A DNA stretch of 64,000 bases from an uncultured virus (IMG/VR IMGVR_UViG_3300044731_002104) (lineage: Duplodnaviria > Heunggongvirae > Uroviricota > Caudoviricetes). Made by a program: the position numbers and the translations under genes. Position 1 is the first letter of the stretch; each line of letters begins with the position of its first letter. This document shows positions 27,151 to 37,405 of the stretch, piece after piece. Under the pieces are notes generated by a model, which was given only the letters and a program-made list of their open reading frames with translations, had not been told where the DNA came from and did no database searches. Location: the IMG/VR virus record IMGVR_UViG_3300044731_002104; one strand, given 5' to 3'.

Positions 27151-27359
27151 GAGGGAAATCCAATGAAAAAGGTTTCAGATATCAGCTCTTTGACACAACT
27201 GACGAGTCATTACATTGGTTCTTTACGCGGGCGCGTAGACGCACATAAAGAGAGGGGATGTTATGTACCGTCAATAACGTCAGTCTCATTGTCAAAACCG
27301 GCATGCGCCGGTTCTGACTTCCCAGCGGCGCATCGGAATATTTCGTTTGGAGGGCAGGT

Positions 27360-27584
27360 ATGAAGATCCCTCCAGCACGTTACCCTTCGCCCCTTGGGCG
27401 CATGCAGCCCACACCTGTGGATGTCGAAGCCACCAAGCGCCAGGGGTGGCGCGAGCAGCACATCTTGGTCATCTCCCATGATGACGAGCGCCTGGACTTC
27501 CTGGAGCGCCAACTCATTCGCAGCATTGGCGAGCGGCTCTACGGCCAGGGCCATGGTCAGCCAAAGGGGGGTAGCCATGGTTGA
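27360..27584 (+). CDS. Phage hypothetical protein
   Basis: SPLGR...KRQGWREQHILV...GERLYG. Confidence 0.65.
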   Translation: MKIPPARYPSPLGRMQPTPVDVEATKRQGWREQHILVISHDDERLDFLERQLIRSIGERLYGQGHGQPKGGSHG

Positions 27585-27972
27585 AGTCTGGACAGTTGAA
27601 ACGGTGGCTGAGCGCTTTGTCGATGCTGCCAGAACCGCCAGGCGCCTGCCACGAGTGGCGGTTCAAGGTTACGCCAGCACCTGGCCCATCGTGATCTTGC
27701 CAAGTGACGCCTACCCGGATCCGCACAGGGTGTACCGCATGGCGCCTCCATCCCCACAGGATGTCGAGCGGATGCTCGAAGTCATGCGCTGGGTGCAGAT
27801 GTTGGAGCTCGACGAACGTCACCTGGTGTGGATGCGGGCCAAGCGATTTGACTGGGTGGAGATCAGCAAACGATTTGCCTGTGACCGAACCACGGCGTGG
27901 AGACGCTGGAAGCGGGACATGCAGGTGGTGGCTGACTTGCTCAACAGGCAGGCTCAGTCACCGAAAAAATGA
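27577..27972 (+). CDS. DUF6362-like sigma-region-4/HTH protein (possible late regulator)
   Basis: WT...VAERF..AA.T..RLP; ER.LVW.RA...W..I...TAWRRW. Confidence 0.7.
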   Translation: MVEVWTVETVAERFVDAARTARRLPRVAVQGYASTWPIVILPSDAYPDPHRVYRMAPPSPQDVERMLEVMRWVQMLELDERHLVWMRAKRFDWVEISKRFACDRTTAWRRWKRDMQVVADLLNRQAQSPKK

Positions 27973-28242
27973 GGCCTGTCATCTGGAGAGGAAATTAGCG
28001 TGTTTTGGCGGTCATGCGCGGCGCTATTTACGTTCAAGCGTGAATGTGCGGTTTTTGGGGCCAAAACACGCTGCAACATTTTGGCGATTTGCAGCTACAT
28101 TTTCGTCTACGGTGGACAAACGAATGCAAAGACAGTGATGACAGTCACACACAGTCGATGACACCTCGAAAATCTCCCGAAACTTTCGAATGAGAGTCAA
28201 AGACAGTCGATGACATCGACGTCTTCTGACGATGTCTGACTC

Positions 28243-28491
28243 CTATCGATGAACTTCGATTTCCCCTGAGGCCTCATGCTCCACCAGCTTCTCAAGCGGT
28301 AGGTACACAGTCGGTTTTCCCTCGCGGAGAACCTCCAGACGGCCATGAATTTCTGATCCCACTTCGTAGGTCCCAGCAACCAGCGGCGTAAAGCCTGCTC
28401 CGGATGCTGTGGCCTCAGTCGGGCTTTTGCGGGCCAGAACCCCGCGAACTACTTTGATCTGCACTGCAAGACGTTCTCGTTTTGCGGCCAA
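28243..28491 (-). CDS. Small hypothetical protein
   Basis: 82-aa ORF filling an intergenic gap, TTG start. Confidence 0.4.
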   Translation of the reverse strand: MAAKRERLAVQIKVVRGVLARKSPTEATASGAGFTPLVAGTYEVGSEIHGRLEVLREGKPTVYLPLEKLVEHEASGEIEVHR

Positions 28492-28508
28492 TTTTACCGG
28501 TCACCCCC

Positions 28509-29768
28509 ATGAATCATCCTGAGATCCGTATGGTCCCAGTGGACGCGCTCGTCCCGTATGCACGCAACGCCCGAACCCACAGCGATGCCCAGGTGGCGCA
28601 AATCGCAGCCTCGATCACCGAGTTCGGCTGGACCAACCCCATCCTCACGGACGGTGCCAAGGGTCTGATCGCGGGTCACGGTCGCTTGATGGCAGCACGC
28701 AAGCTAGGTCTCAAGGAGGTGCCAGTCATTGAGCTCGGGCACCTGACCCCCGAGCAAAAGAAGGCCTACATCTTGGCCGATAACCGTCTGGCCGAGAACG
28801 CAGGTTGGGACGATGAGCTCCTGAAACTCGAGTTGGCCGAACTCAAAGCGGCCGACTTTGATCTTGACCTGATGGGCTTCACCGACAAGGAGCTCGAAGA
28901 ACTTCTGAACGGAGACGAATCAGGCGGTGGTTTGACTGAAGATGACGCAATCCCAGATGCACCAGTAGACCCGGTATCCAGACCTGGGGACTTGTGGATT
29001 CTCGGCAACCACCGCCTCCTTTGTGGAGACTCCACAGTCTTGTCGGATGTGGAACGGCTTATGGGTGGCCAACTGGCTGACATGGCCTTCACCGATCCAC
29101 CCTACAACGTGGACTACGGCAACAGTGCCAAAGACAAGATGCGCGGCAAAGACCGGCGCATCATGAACGACGATCTGGGTGATGGGTTCTTCCAGTTCCT
29201 CTATGACGCCTGTCTGAACCTGCTTGTGGTCACCAAGGGCGCCTGCTACGTGTGCATGAGCTCATCTGAACTGCATACCCTGCAAAAAGCCTGGATCAAG
29301 GCAGGCGGCAAGTGGTCCACGTTCATCATCTGGTCCAAAAACACCTTCACGCTCGGTCGTGCGGATTACCAGCGCCAGTACGAACCCATCCTGTATGGCT
29401 GGAAGCAGGGCTCGGACCACTTCTGGTGCGGGGACCGTGATCAGTCGGACATCTGGAACTACAACAAACCCCGGGTCAACGACTTGCACCCGACCATGAA
29501 GCCAGTCGAGCTGGTCGAGCGTGCCATCAAGAATTCATCGAAGAGCCGGGACATCGTGCTGGATCTGTTTGGTGGCTCTGGCACCACTTTGATCGCCAGC
29601 GAAAAGACCGGGCGTCAGGCCCGTCTCATTGAACTCGATCCCAAGTTCGTGGATGTGATCATCAAGCGCTGGGAGGACTACACCGGTCAGCAGGCAATGC
29701 GTGAAGACGACGGCCTGAGGTTTTCTGAGGCAAGCGAAACGGCGCTTCCCGATCCAGCAGCCCAATGA
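28509..29768 (+). CDS. ParB-like domain fused N4/N6 DNA methyltransferase
   Basis: PYARNARTH, AGHGR, DPPY, HPTMKP, DLFGGSGTT. Confidence 0.92.
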   Translation: MNHPEIRMVPVDALVPYARNARTHSDAQVAQIAASITEFGWTNPILTDGAKGLIAGHGRLMAARKLGLKEVPVIELGHLTPEQKKAYILADNRLAENAGWDDELLKLELAELKAADFDLDLMGFTDKELEELLNGDESGGGLTEDDAIPDAPVDPVSRPGDLWILGNHRLLCGDSTVLSDVERLMGGQLADMAFTDPPYNVDYGNSAKDKMRGKDRRIMNDDLGDGFFQFLYDACLNLLVVTKGACYVCMSSSELHTLQKAWIKAGGKWSTFIIWSKNTFTLGRADYQRQYEPILYGWKQGSDHFWCGDRDQSDIWNYNKPRVNDLHPTMKPVELVERAIKNSSKSRDIVLDLFGGSGTTLIASEKTGRQARLIELDPKFVDVIIKRWEDYTGQQAMREDDGLRFSEASETALPDPAAQ

Positions 29769-29831
29769 AGGTGGTCAGCATAGGCTTGCGTCAAAATCAT
29801 GGGTAAGTCCAAATCATGAAATCAGACCGGC

Positions 29832-30329
29832 ATGTTCAGTCTTCACTGCACCAAGAAGCTTCTCGATCGCATCAAGCCAGAGCTTGAAGCGCCTCGGGCC
29901 GGTACAACACGCCTCGGCAACTGGTATGCCACGGCGCTGTTTTGGAAGCCTCAGGTGGCGCTTGTGGTCAATGAGCGAACGCTGTTGCCTGTGTTTTTGC
30001 CATTGGCACCGGCTGCAACGCTTGCGCAGCGATTCCCGATTGCGCTGCGAGAAGTGCTGCGCGCACTCGACATGCCAGCCGAATTCATTGATTCAGAAAT
30101 CAGTGGCATGGGTGAGGTGGTCTATGCTAAGACTGCCAATCGCAGCGTTTTAGGCGTGATGAACGAGTTCGTTTATCTGGCAGAGGGCTACCGCGACCAA
30201 GATGGATCAGTCGATCCGGTTGGGTTGTCACTCAGGTTGGCAGGAACACCCTGTGGCCCGCTCTACAAAGGCGCGGTTTTTCCGGACAAGGCTGTGCGTG
30301 AGCTGATTCAAGGTGGAGTGATTCACTGA
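29832..30329 (+). CDS. DUF6933-like protein
   Basis: CTKKLL...LGNWYA...KTANRSVLG.MN. Confidence 0.7.
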   Translation: MFSLHCTKKLLDRIKPELEAPRAGTTRLGNWYATALFWKPQVALVVNERTLLPVFLPLAPAATLAQRFPIALREVLRALDMPAEFIDSEISGMGEVVYAKTANRSVLGVMNEFVYLAEGYRDQDGSVDPVGLSLRLAGTPCGPLYKGAVFPDKAVRELIQGGVIH

Positions 30330-30362
30330 CTTTCCCCTGCTGAAAATCGGTTCGGCTTGCCC

Positions 30363-30569
30363 TTAGTTTTCCGAGAAATTCGGGTACAGGTCACCACTGC
30401 TGATGTCGGCTGTGTAGGTGAGATTGTCAAATTCACCTCGCTCATCAGCCAGGTACACGCCACCGACCGACTGAATGGCCACGCCGTATTTGCGGGTGAG
30501 CGCGGTCAGCTCTGCGATGAAGCGGTCGTAATTCTGTTCGGCCTGCGTTGTGGTGTTGATGGCTGCCAT
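30363..30569 (-). CDS. Small hypothetical protein
   Basis: GAGGAG RBS; 68 aa. Confidence 0.65.
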   Translation of the reverse strand: MAAINTTTQAEQNYDRFIAELTALTRKYGVAIQSVGGVYLADERGEFDNLTYTADISSGDLYPNFSEN

Positions 30570-30579
30570 GGTCGTCTCC

Positions 30580-30945
30580 TCAAGAGGTCAGTGATTCTTC
30601 GATGAGCTGGGCGTGGATCACAAATCCGGTCAGGTAGGGCATGCCCCGTGGGATGCCTGTTTCGCGTGCGGTGATGCGACCAATCTTCCAGTCCATCCAT
30701 TTGGTGATGGCCTTGGTAACAGCGGCGTCCATCGCGAGGCCAGAGGCCAAGCCGTCCTGGACCGAGTCTGCGAAATGCCTGCCTTGCTTGCTGTCCAGAA
30801 AGGCTCGTACAGATTCAAATGGTTCGTCTGTGACCTCGGCAATTTGGGTCATGGCGATCGGCCAGGCCAAACTGGCGTAGCCACCCATCGTTCCCCAAAA
30901 CCCCCAGGCCTCGTTTTGTGTCATCGGTATTGCGTTGTTGCTCAT
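30580..30945 (-). CDS. Hypothetical phage protein
   Basis: NEAWGFWGTM...FLDS..GRHFAD...YLTGFV. Confidence 0.7.
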   Translation of the reverse strand: MSNNAIPMTQNEAWGFWGTMGGYASLAWPIAMTQIAEVTDEPFESVRAFLDSKQGRHFADSVQDGLASGLAMDAAVTKAITKWMDWKIGRITARETGIPRGMPYLTGFVIHAQLIEESLTS

Positions 30946-31044
30946 TGGCTTGTCCTTGTTGCGATGTCTGTATGAACGCTCTACTTGGGGATGAAGTAAA
31001 GCGATTCATCAAATTTTTTTGATTTGTCGCTTCTCGGAGACTGA

Positions 31045-31404
31045 TCAGCCAAGGCGTGCGCAATAGCGTCCGTAGTTCGACCCAGAGGGATCGATGAAGA
31101 GGTAAGGGCGACCGGGTGCATGCACTTCGACACACAGCCTGCCATCTCCGTAATAGCCGCCCTTGCCACCCAGCCAATCACGAGACTGGAGCAGGTTCCG
31201 CGCAAAGTGGTCGAACTCTGCAGGCTCCATCTCGCGGGTCTCGGTGATGTAGACGGTGCAGTCTTCGCTGCCAGCGATCTCGCTCATGGTGGCGGGCTTG
31301 CGGCCAAAGGGCAGACGGATGCCGAGCTCTTCGACTTGCATGTCTTTGCCATCGAAGTGGATGGTCAATGGTTTACGTTCAATCGTGATGGTCATGGTTT
31401 TCAT
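31045..31404 (-). CDS. Hypothetical phage protein
   Basis: GAGG RBS; WL.GKGG, DPSG..Y.RY. Confidence 0.7.
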   Translation of the reverse strand: MKTMTITIERKPLTIHFDGKDMQVEELGIRLPFGRKPATMSEIAGSEDCTVYITETREMEPAEFDHFARNLLQSRDWLGGKGGYYGDGRLCVEVHAPGRPYLFIDPSGSNYGRYCARLG

Positions 31405-31411
31405 GTGAACC

Positions 31412-31855
31412 TCAGGCGACTTGGTTGGTGATTCGGTAGATGCGGTCTGAGCCGGGTTGCTTTTCTGAAATGATCTCCAGGCCCAGCTTTTTCTTGAGGG
31501 CTCCAGCCATGGCGCCTCGCACCGTGTGAACCTGCCAACCTGTGGCCTCGGTCATCTGCGGCAGCGTCGCACCTTCTGCGCGCGTGAGCAGCTCAATCAG
31601 TACAGCTTGCTTGGTGCCCTCACGCTTGGCGCGCGGTGCCTGGACCGTGATGCCAATCGCCTGCAGCCCTGTGGCTGTGGCCACATACACCTCAGGCTCT
31701 GCAGCGCTTGGCTCGATGAGCTCGGCGTTGTGCATCGAGGTGAGCACCTTGATGCGAGCCCCGCCCTTGAGAGTGTCGGGGAAGTTGGTCAGTTTCTTTT
31801 GTGGATGCTGCGCAGCCGCTTCGAGCAGCGCGCGTTGGGTGTCCGTGAGTTTCAT
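31412..31855 (-). CDS. DUF3489-family protein
   Basis: REGTKQA..I.LL.R.EGAT...ATGWQ.HTVRG. Confidence 0.8.
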   Translation of the reverse strand: MKLTDTQRALLEAAAQHPQKKLTNFPDTLKGGARIKVLTSMHNAELIEPSAAEPEVYVATATGLQAIGITVQAPRAKREGTKQAVLIELLTRAEGATLPQMTEATGWQVHTVRGAMAGALKKKLGLEIISEKQPGSDRIYRITNQVA

Positions 31856-32058
31856 TGTTTGCCCCTCAATGTTGTTGATGTGTTTTTTCCTGCTTCGATC
31901 CCTGCGGCGTAAGCAGCCTCCAGAGCGCTCTTGATGGACCAGACCGCGACGTCGTGGAAGTCCGATCGATCGCTGTGTTGTGTCTCCAGCGTCTCAATGA
32001 ACAAATGCTCTTTGGCGATCTGCTCGAGCAGCTTGTTCAGTTTTTTGTTTTCTTTCAT
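31852..32058 (-). CDS. DUF6900-like protein
   Basis: IA..HL.IETLETQHSD..DFHDVAVW.IK.ALEAAY.AG. Confidence 0.75.
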   Translation of the reverse strand: MKENKKLNKLLEQIAKEHLFIETLETQHSDRSDFHDVAVWSIKSALEAAYAAGIEAGKNTSTTLRGKQ

Positions 32059-32165
32059 TGGCTTGGTTCCTTTCGTTCATCCAATGTGATGGATTGACGC
32101 TCTGAATCAAGGTGAAGCCAAGTCAATTTTTGAAGCTGTCGCTTATTCCTTGAAAGTCGATTGAG

Positions 32166-32534
32166 ATGCCGCGAAGTGCGCCCACTCCATGCCGATACCC
32201 AGGTTGCGCACAGGTGCTCAACGTGCCTGGTTACTGCGCCAATCACCAGTCGAAAGTGCACCGTGAATACGGCCGCGCGCGCAGAGGGTTTGATACGGAG
32301 CTGGGCTTCTATCAATCGGCCAGGTGGCGCAACACCCGTGCAGCGGTGTTACGGGATAACCCGCTTTGCTGCAGGTGCGAGGCCAAGGGGTTGTTGCAAC
32401 CGGCCAAGGTCGTTGACCACATCGTTCCAGTGAAGCTTGGTGGTGAGCGCTTTGAGCGAGCGAACCTGCAGAGCCTGTGCGTGCCCTGTCACAACGCCAA
32501 GACCGCCTCAGAGACCGCGTCCTCGCGCCAGTGA
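32166..32534 (+). CDS. Terminase-associated HNH endonuclease
   Basis: PLC..C...VVDHI.P...NLQSLC..CHN.KT. Confidence 0.9.
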   Translation: MPRSAPTPCRYPGCAQVLNVPGYCANHQSKVHREYGRARRGFDTELGFYQSARWRNTRAAVLRDNPLCCRCEAKGLLQPAKVVDHIVPVKLGGERFERANLQSLCVPCHNAKTASETASSRQ

Positions 32535-32698
32535 CCCCGTCCTGAGGGGGTAGGGGGGATGAATCTCTACAGATGGCCGCCCAAGATGCGTTGGCTTGCG
32601 CAAATTTTTGTGCGTGCAAATTGAACAAGGGGGGGTATCCCCCAAAGCCTGCAGCAAAGGCACTGCATCAGATGAACATCAAACCAAGCGGGTGATTT
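32535..32698. other. Probable cos/packaging site region
   Basis: HNH-terS spacer with G-runs (GGGGGTAGGGGGG, GGGGGGGTATCCCCC); position typical of HK97-like cos phages. Confidence 0.5.
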
Positions 32699-33160
32699 AT
32701 GGGTGGACGCAAGCCACTGCCGACTCAAGTCAAGCAGATCAAAGGGACCTTGCAGCCATGCCGGACCAACTACCACGAGCCCATCCCAGAGGGCTTGCTG
32801 GTGGAGCCTCCGGACTACATGCCAGAAGGTGCCAAGGCCGCCTGGCGCTACGCGCTTGAATGTGCCCCGCCCACGCTGATCCGCAAGCTGGACATGTCCG
32901 TGCTGGAGATCTGGGCTTGCGCGGCAGATCTCTACCGGCAGGCCCAGACGGGCATCGGCAAGACCGGGCTCCTGGTGAAGGCGCCCCACAGCGGCGTGCC
33001 CATGCAGTCGCCTTACCTGGCCATTGCGAACAAGCAGGCCCAAATCATGACCAAAGCCGCGATCGAGATGGGATTCACCCCGGCATCTCGCTCGCGCATC
33101 TCCATTCCAAACGAACGCCCGGGCGAGGAGCTCGATCTCTGGGAGGACATCGTGGGTTGA
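32699..33160 (+). CDS. Terminase small subunit (P27 family)
   Basis: GRKP.PT..K...G; SPYL; GFTPASR. Confidence 0.9.
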   Translation: MGGRKPLPTQVKQIKGTLQPCRTNYHEPIPEGLLVEPPDYMPEGAKAAWRYALECAPPTLIRKLDMSVLEIWACAADLYRQAQTGIGKTGLLVKAPHSGVPMQSPYLAIANKQAQIMTKAAIEMGFTPASRSRISIPNERPGEELDLWEDIVG

Positions 33161-33176
33161 CCCAAAGGGATACAGG

Positions 33177-34883
33177 ATGAGCACATACGCTGCGAGCGCC
33201 AAACAATATGCTGAGCGCGTTGTCTCCCATGAGATCCTGACCTGCGAGTGGGTCCAGAAAGCCTGCAAACGCCAGCTCGATGACCTGATCCGCTTCAAGC
33301 GCAAGAGCAGCCTCTACCAGTTCAACCCGGAACTGCTTGACCGCTATGGCAGGCCCTACAGGCCAGCGGACAACCTGTGCGCCTTCATTGAGCGATTGCC
33401 CCACGTCAAAGGCCCACTGGCCAGCAAGATGATCGTTCTGGAGCCCTGGCAGGTGTTCATCCTGTCCACGGTATTTGGGTGGGTCAAATCAGACGGCAAG
33501 CGTCGCTTCAGGCGCTCCTACATCGAGGTGCCTCGGGGCAACGCAAAGTCCACCCTGTCCTCGGCAGTAGGCCTGTACATGCTGGCAGCCGACCGCGAGG
33601 GCGGCGCTGAGGTGTATTCGCTGGCCACCACCCGCGATCAGGCCCGCATCGTCTTTGGCGATGCCCAGACCATGGCACGGTTGAGCCCGGGTTTCAGGAA
33701 CCGTTTTGCCGTAAATGTTGGGGCGCACAACATGCATGTCTTGCAAACCGGCTCCAAGTTCGAGGCGCTCTCGGCAGAAGGCTCCACGCTCGACGGCTTG
33801 AACATCCACTTCGGTTGCATCGATGAGTTGCACGCCCACAAAACCCGAACCGTCTATGACGTGGTGGAGACCGGAACCGGCAAGCGGGACAACTCACTGC
33901 TGTGGGTGATCACCACGGCTGGCAGCAACCGATCGGGCATCTGCTACGAGGTCCGAAGCTTTGTCACCAAGCTGCTCAACAGGGTGTTCGAAGACGACTC
34001 CCAGTTCGGGATCATCTATGGGCTCGATGAAGGTGATGACTGGGCCGCCAAGGACTCGCTCATCAAAGCCAACCCCAACTGGGGCATCTCGGTACGAGAG
34101 GAGATCCTGGTGCCCCTGCAGGCCAAGGCCATGCAGTTGCCCAGCGCGGTCAACAACTTCAAGACCAAGCACCTCAACGAGTGGGTGAGTGCTGACACGG
34201 CCTGGATGGACATGCGGTCCTGGGATGCCAGTGCCAATCCGGATCTTGAGCTCGATCAGTTTCTGGGTCAGCCCTGCTGGCTCGGACTGGATCTGGCCAG
34301 CAAGACGGACATTGCCGCGCTCGTCATGGTGTTTGAACACCCTGACACACCAGACGCATACGCGGTGTTTGGCAAGTACTACTTGCCAGAGGACACGGTC
34401 CAGGCGGCGGGCAACAGCCAATACGAGGGCTGGGCTCATACAGGACGGCTCTCGGTGACGCCGGGCAACGTGATCGATTTCAGCTGGATTGAAGCAGATT
34501 TGCTGGACATCTCGTCGCGGTTTTCAGTGCAAGCCGTGGCCTTTGATCCGTTCCAGGCCACGCAGCTGTCCACGCGCATGTTGTCCGAGGGGCTGCCCAT
34601 GATTGAAGTGCGTCCCACGGTGCTGAACTTCAGCGAGCCGATGAAGACGCTTGAGGCCTTGGTCCTGCAAAAGAAGCTCGTTCATGACGGTGATCCGGTC
34701 CTTGCATGGATGGCGAGCAACGTGGTCGCCCACACGGACGTCAAAGACAACATCTATCCAAGGAAGGAAAGACCAGAAAACAAGATAGACGGCATCGTTG
34801 CACTGATCATGGCCCTTTCACGGGCGATCAAACCGGGCGAATCGGTGGTGCTGGGATCCGACTACGAGTTGATGGTGCTCTGA
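33177..34883 (+). CDS. Terminase large subunit
   Basis: LEPWQ, PRGNAKST, IDELH, GLDLAS, KIDG. Confidence 0.95.
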   Translation: MSTYAASAKQYAERVVSHEILTCEWVQKACKRQLDDLIRFKRKSSLYQFNPELLDRYGRPYRPADNLCAFIERLPHVKGPLASKMIVLEPWQVFILSTVFGWVKSDGKRRFRRSYIEVPRGNAKSTLSSAVGLYMLAADREGGAEVYSLATTRDQARIVFGDAQTMARLSPGFRNRFAVNVGAHNMHVLQTGSKFEALSAEGSTLDGLNIHFGCIDELHAHKTRTVYDVVETGTGKRDNSLLWVITTAGSNRSGICYEVRSFVTKLLNRVFEDDSQFGIIYGLDEGDDWAAKDSLIKANPNWGISVREEILVPLQAKAMQLPSAVNNFKTKHLNEWVSADTAWMDMRSWDASANPDLELDQFLGQPCWLGLDLASKTDIAALVMVFEHPDTPDAYAVFGKYYLPEDTVQAAGNSQYEGWAHTGRLSVTPGNVIDFSWIEADLLDISSRFSVQAVAFDPFQATQLSTRMLSEGLPMIEVRPTVLNFSEPMKTLEALVLQKKLVHDGDPVLAWMASNVVAHTDVKDNIYPRKERPENKIDGIVALIMALSRAIKPGESVVLGSDYELMVL

Positions 34884-34887
34884 CGTC

Positions 34888-36381
34888 ATGGGATTTTTTA
34901 ACTTCTTTGACCGCTTCAGAGCTTCCAGGATTGGCGTCCAAAGTGATCGATCACCCTGGGGAGACTTCTATTTCGAGCCTGTTTCGGCTCGAAGCATCTC
35001 AGGCATGCGCGTCTCGGCCGATTCCGCCATGCGCTTGGCTGCGGTCTATGCTTGCGTGCGCATCCTCTCGGAGACCATGGCGTCTCTCCCTCTCGTGGTC
35101 TACCGACCCCGCAAGGACGGCGGCAAGGACCGGGTGACGGACCACTGGCTCTACCAGTTGCTGGGCAAACGGCCCAACCGGTACCAGAACCCATTCGAGT
35201 GGCGTGAGATGCTGCAGGGACACCTGGCCTTGAGGGGCAACGCCTTCTGCCAGATCCTGGCCAACAGCCGGGGTGAGATCACCGAGCTGATCCCGATTCA
35301 CCCTGACCGGGTGCGCATGGAGCTGCTGTCCTCAGGCGACTACCGCTACCGCATCCGGGATCAGGCTGGCTCCGAGATCGTCCTGCCTCGTGGGGAGGTC
35401 TGGCATCTGAGGGGGCTGTCCTCGGATGGGCTGATTGGCCTGAGCCCCGTTGATCTCTCGCGAGAAAGCCTGGGCATGGCCCTGGCCGCGCAGGACTATG
35501 GGGCGCGGTTTTTCTCCAACGATGCCAAACCCACGGGGGGCTGGATCGAGTTCCCGGGCACCTTCAAGGACCCGGAGGCCAAGCGGGTGTTTCGAGAGTC
35601 CTACCAGGCGGCGCAGTCTGGCTCGAACCGGGGCAAGGTCCTGGTGCTCGAGAACGGCATGAAGTTTCACGAGGTGGGCGTCACGAACAAGGACGCCCAG
35701 TTCTTGGAGCTGCGCAAGTTCCAGATCACGGACATCGCCCGATTGTTCAGAGTGCCACCACACATGATTGCGGATCTGGACCGGGCGACGTTCTCCAACA
35801 TCGAGCAGCAAAGCCTGGAATTCGTCATGCACACCATGACGCCCTGGGCAGAGCGCTGGGAGGCATCCATCGAAGCTGACCTGCTCCCAGATGGTGATGC
35901 GCTGGAGATCGAGTTTGACTTTGCCAACCTCATGCGAGGGGATGCGGCCAGCCGCTCGGCGTACTACCAAAGCGGCATCCAGAATGGCTGGCTCACCCGT
36001 AACGAGGCCCGCATCTCGGAAAACCTCAACCCGATCGCAGGGCTCGATCAACCGCTGCGGCCGCTGAACATGGTCGAAGAGGATGACGCTGAGGACGCCG
36101 AGGACGCGCAAATCGAATCTCAGGATTCAGACACTGATGCCAGACCTGAACCAGACCAGCAGTTGAGCTTGCGCCTTCGAAAGCTGGTCGAGTCCAACGC
36201 CCAGCGACTGGCCCGTCGCATTTGCAAAAAAGGCGTTCTGGGCTCCAACGAAATCAACCTGATCGCCCAGACCTTCAGCCTGCCTTCATCGGCCGTGCAG
36301 GACTGGGCGCAGGGCGCTCCATCACTCGAGGATGAACCGGCGCTGTCCCGGTCCCTCATTCAATTGGGAATACACAAATGA
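34888..36381 (+). CDS. HK97-family portal protein
   Basis: AVYACVR, GNAF, IARLFRVPPHMI, TFSNIEQ. Confidence 0.95.
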   Translation: MGFFNFFDRFRASRIGVQSDRSPWGDFYFEPVSARSISGMRVSADSAMRLAAVYACVRILSETMASLPLVVYRPRKDGGKDRVTDHWLYQLLGKRPNRYQNPFEWREMLQGHLALRGNAFCQILANSRGEITELIPIHPDRVRMELLSSGDYRYRIRDQAGSEIVLPRGEVWHLRGLSSDGLIGLSPVDLSRESLGMALAAQDYGARFFSNDAKPTGGWIEFPGTFKDPEAKRVFRESYQAAQSGSNRGKVLVLENGMKFHEVGVTNKDAQFLELRKFQITDIARLFRVPPHMIADLDRATFSNIEQQSLEFVMHTMTPWAERWEASIEADLLPDGDALEIEFDFANLMRGDAASRSAYYQSGIQNGWLTRNEARISENLNPIAGLDQPLRPLNMVEEDDAEDAEDAQIESQDSDTDARPEPDQQLSLRLRKLVESNAQRLARRICKKGVLGSNEINLIAQTFSLPSSAVQDWAQGAPSLEDEPALSRSLIQLGIHK

Positions 36382-37319
36382 ACAGACAACTTCTGCTCTC
36401 CGAATTTTTGACTACCCCCTGGGCCCTAATGCCCGAGCGGCTCCAGGCCATGGCCGGGGTCTTGACCCGCTGGTCGGCGGGCGAGCCGCCAACTGACGAA
36501 GCGATGTTCCAGATCCAGTCGGAGCGGGTGCTGCGCGACACCCGCAAACAGATGGCAGCTGCCAATGCTGGCTCTGGCATTGCCGTTTTGCCTCTGTATG
36601 GCGTGGTCACTCAGCGGGGCAACATGGTCGATGACATCTCTGGCCCCGGCAGCACCAGCACCCAGCAATTCACCTCGGCCTTGCGCCAGGTCCTGGCCGA
36701 CGACACGGTGGGCCAGATCCTGATCGATATCGACAGCCCCGGTGGCAGCGTTTATGGCGTGGCCGAACTGGCCTCGGAGATCGTCAAGGCCCGAGCCCAG
36801 AAGCCCGTGGTGGCCGTGGCCAACAGCCTGGCTGCCTCTGCGGCTTACTGGATTGGCTGCTCGGCCAGTGAGTTCTACGTCACCCTTGGTGGTGAGGTGG
36901 GCTCCATTGGCGTGTGGCAGGCGCACTTTGACTATTCCAAAGCGCTGGAAGAGGAGGGCGTCAAAACCACCCTGGTCTCGGCTGGCAAGTTCAAGGTCGA
37001 GGGCAACCCTTATGTGCCGCTGGACCCGGAGGCCCAGGCCTTCATGCAGTCTCGTGTGGACGACTACTACAACGCCTTCATTCAAGCTGTGGCCGTGGGC
37101 AGAGGTGTCACGGTCGACGATGTCCGAAACGGCATGGGCGAAGGCCGTGTGCTGGGATCTGATGCTGCCTTGGCGCAACGCATGGTCGATGGCATCGCGT
37201 CCTTTGACGATGTTCTGGCCCGCATGCAGGCCAAGGTCACAGGCAACGCCGTTCGCAGCCAGCCTCAGAAAAGCCATTCCCGACTGAAACAGGCGCGAGA
37301 CGCTCTCGCACTGGTTTGA
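36378..37319 (+). CDS. S49-family prohead protease
   Basis: DIDSPGG, AASAAYW, VGSIGV. Confidence 0.9.
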   Translation: MNRQLLLSEFLTTPWALMPERLQAMAGVLTRWSAGEPPTDEAMFQIQSERVLRDTRKQMAAANAGSGIAVLPLYGVVTQRGNMVDDISGPGSTSTQQFTSALRQVLADDTVGQILIDIDSPGGSVYGVAELASEIVKARAQKPVVAVANSLAASAAYWIGCSASEFYVTLGGEVGSIGVWQAHFDYSKALEEEGVKTTLVSAGKFKVEGNPYVPLDPEAQAFMQSRVDDYYNAFIQAVAVGRGVTVDDVRNGMGEGRVLGSDAALAQRMVDGIASFDDVLARMQAKVTGNAVRSQPQKSHSRLKQARDALALV

Positions 37320-37405
37320 TGCTGGTCTGATTTCAACCCTTTCCCTTGCAGCCCTCCGTTGAGGGCTGCGTCCCCCCTGCGACCCGTTGGTCGTGATCCC
37401 TGTCG

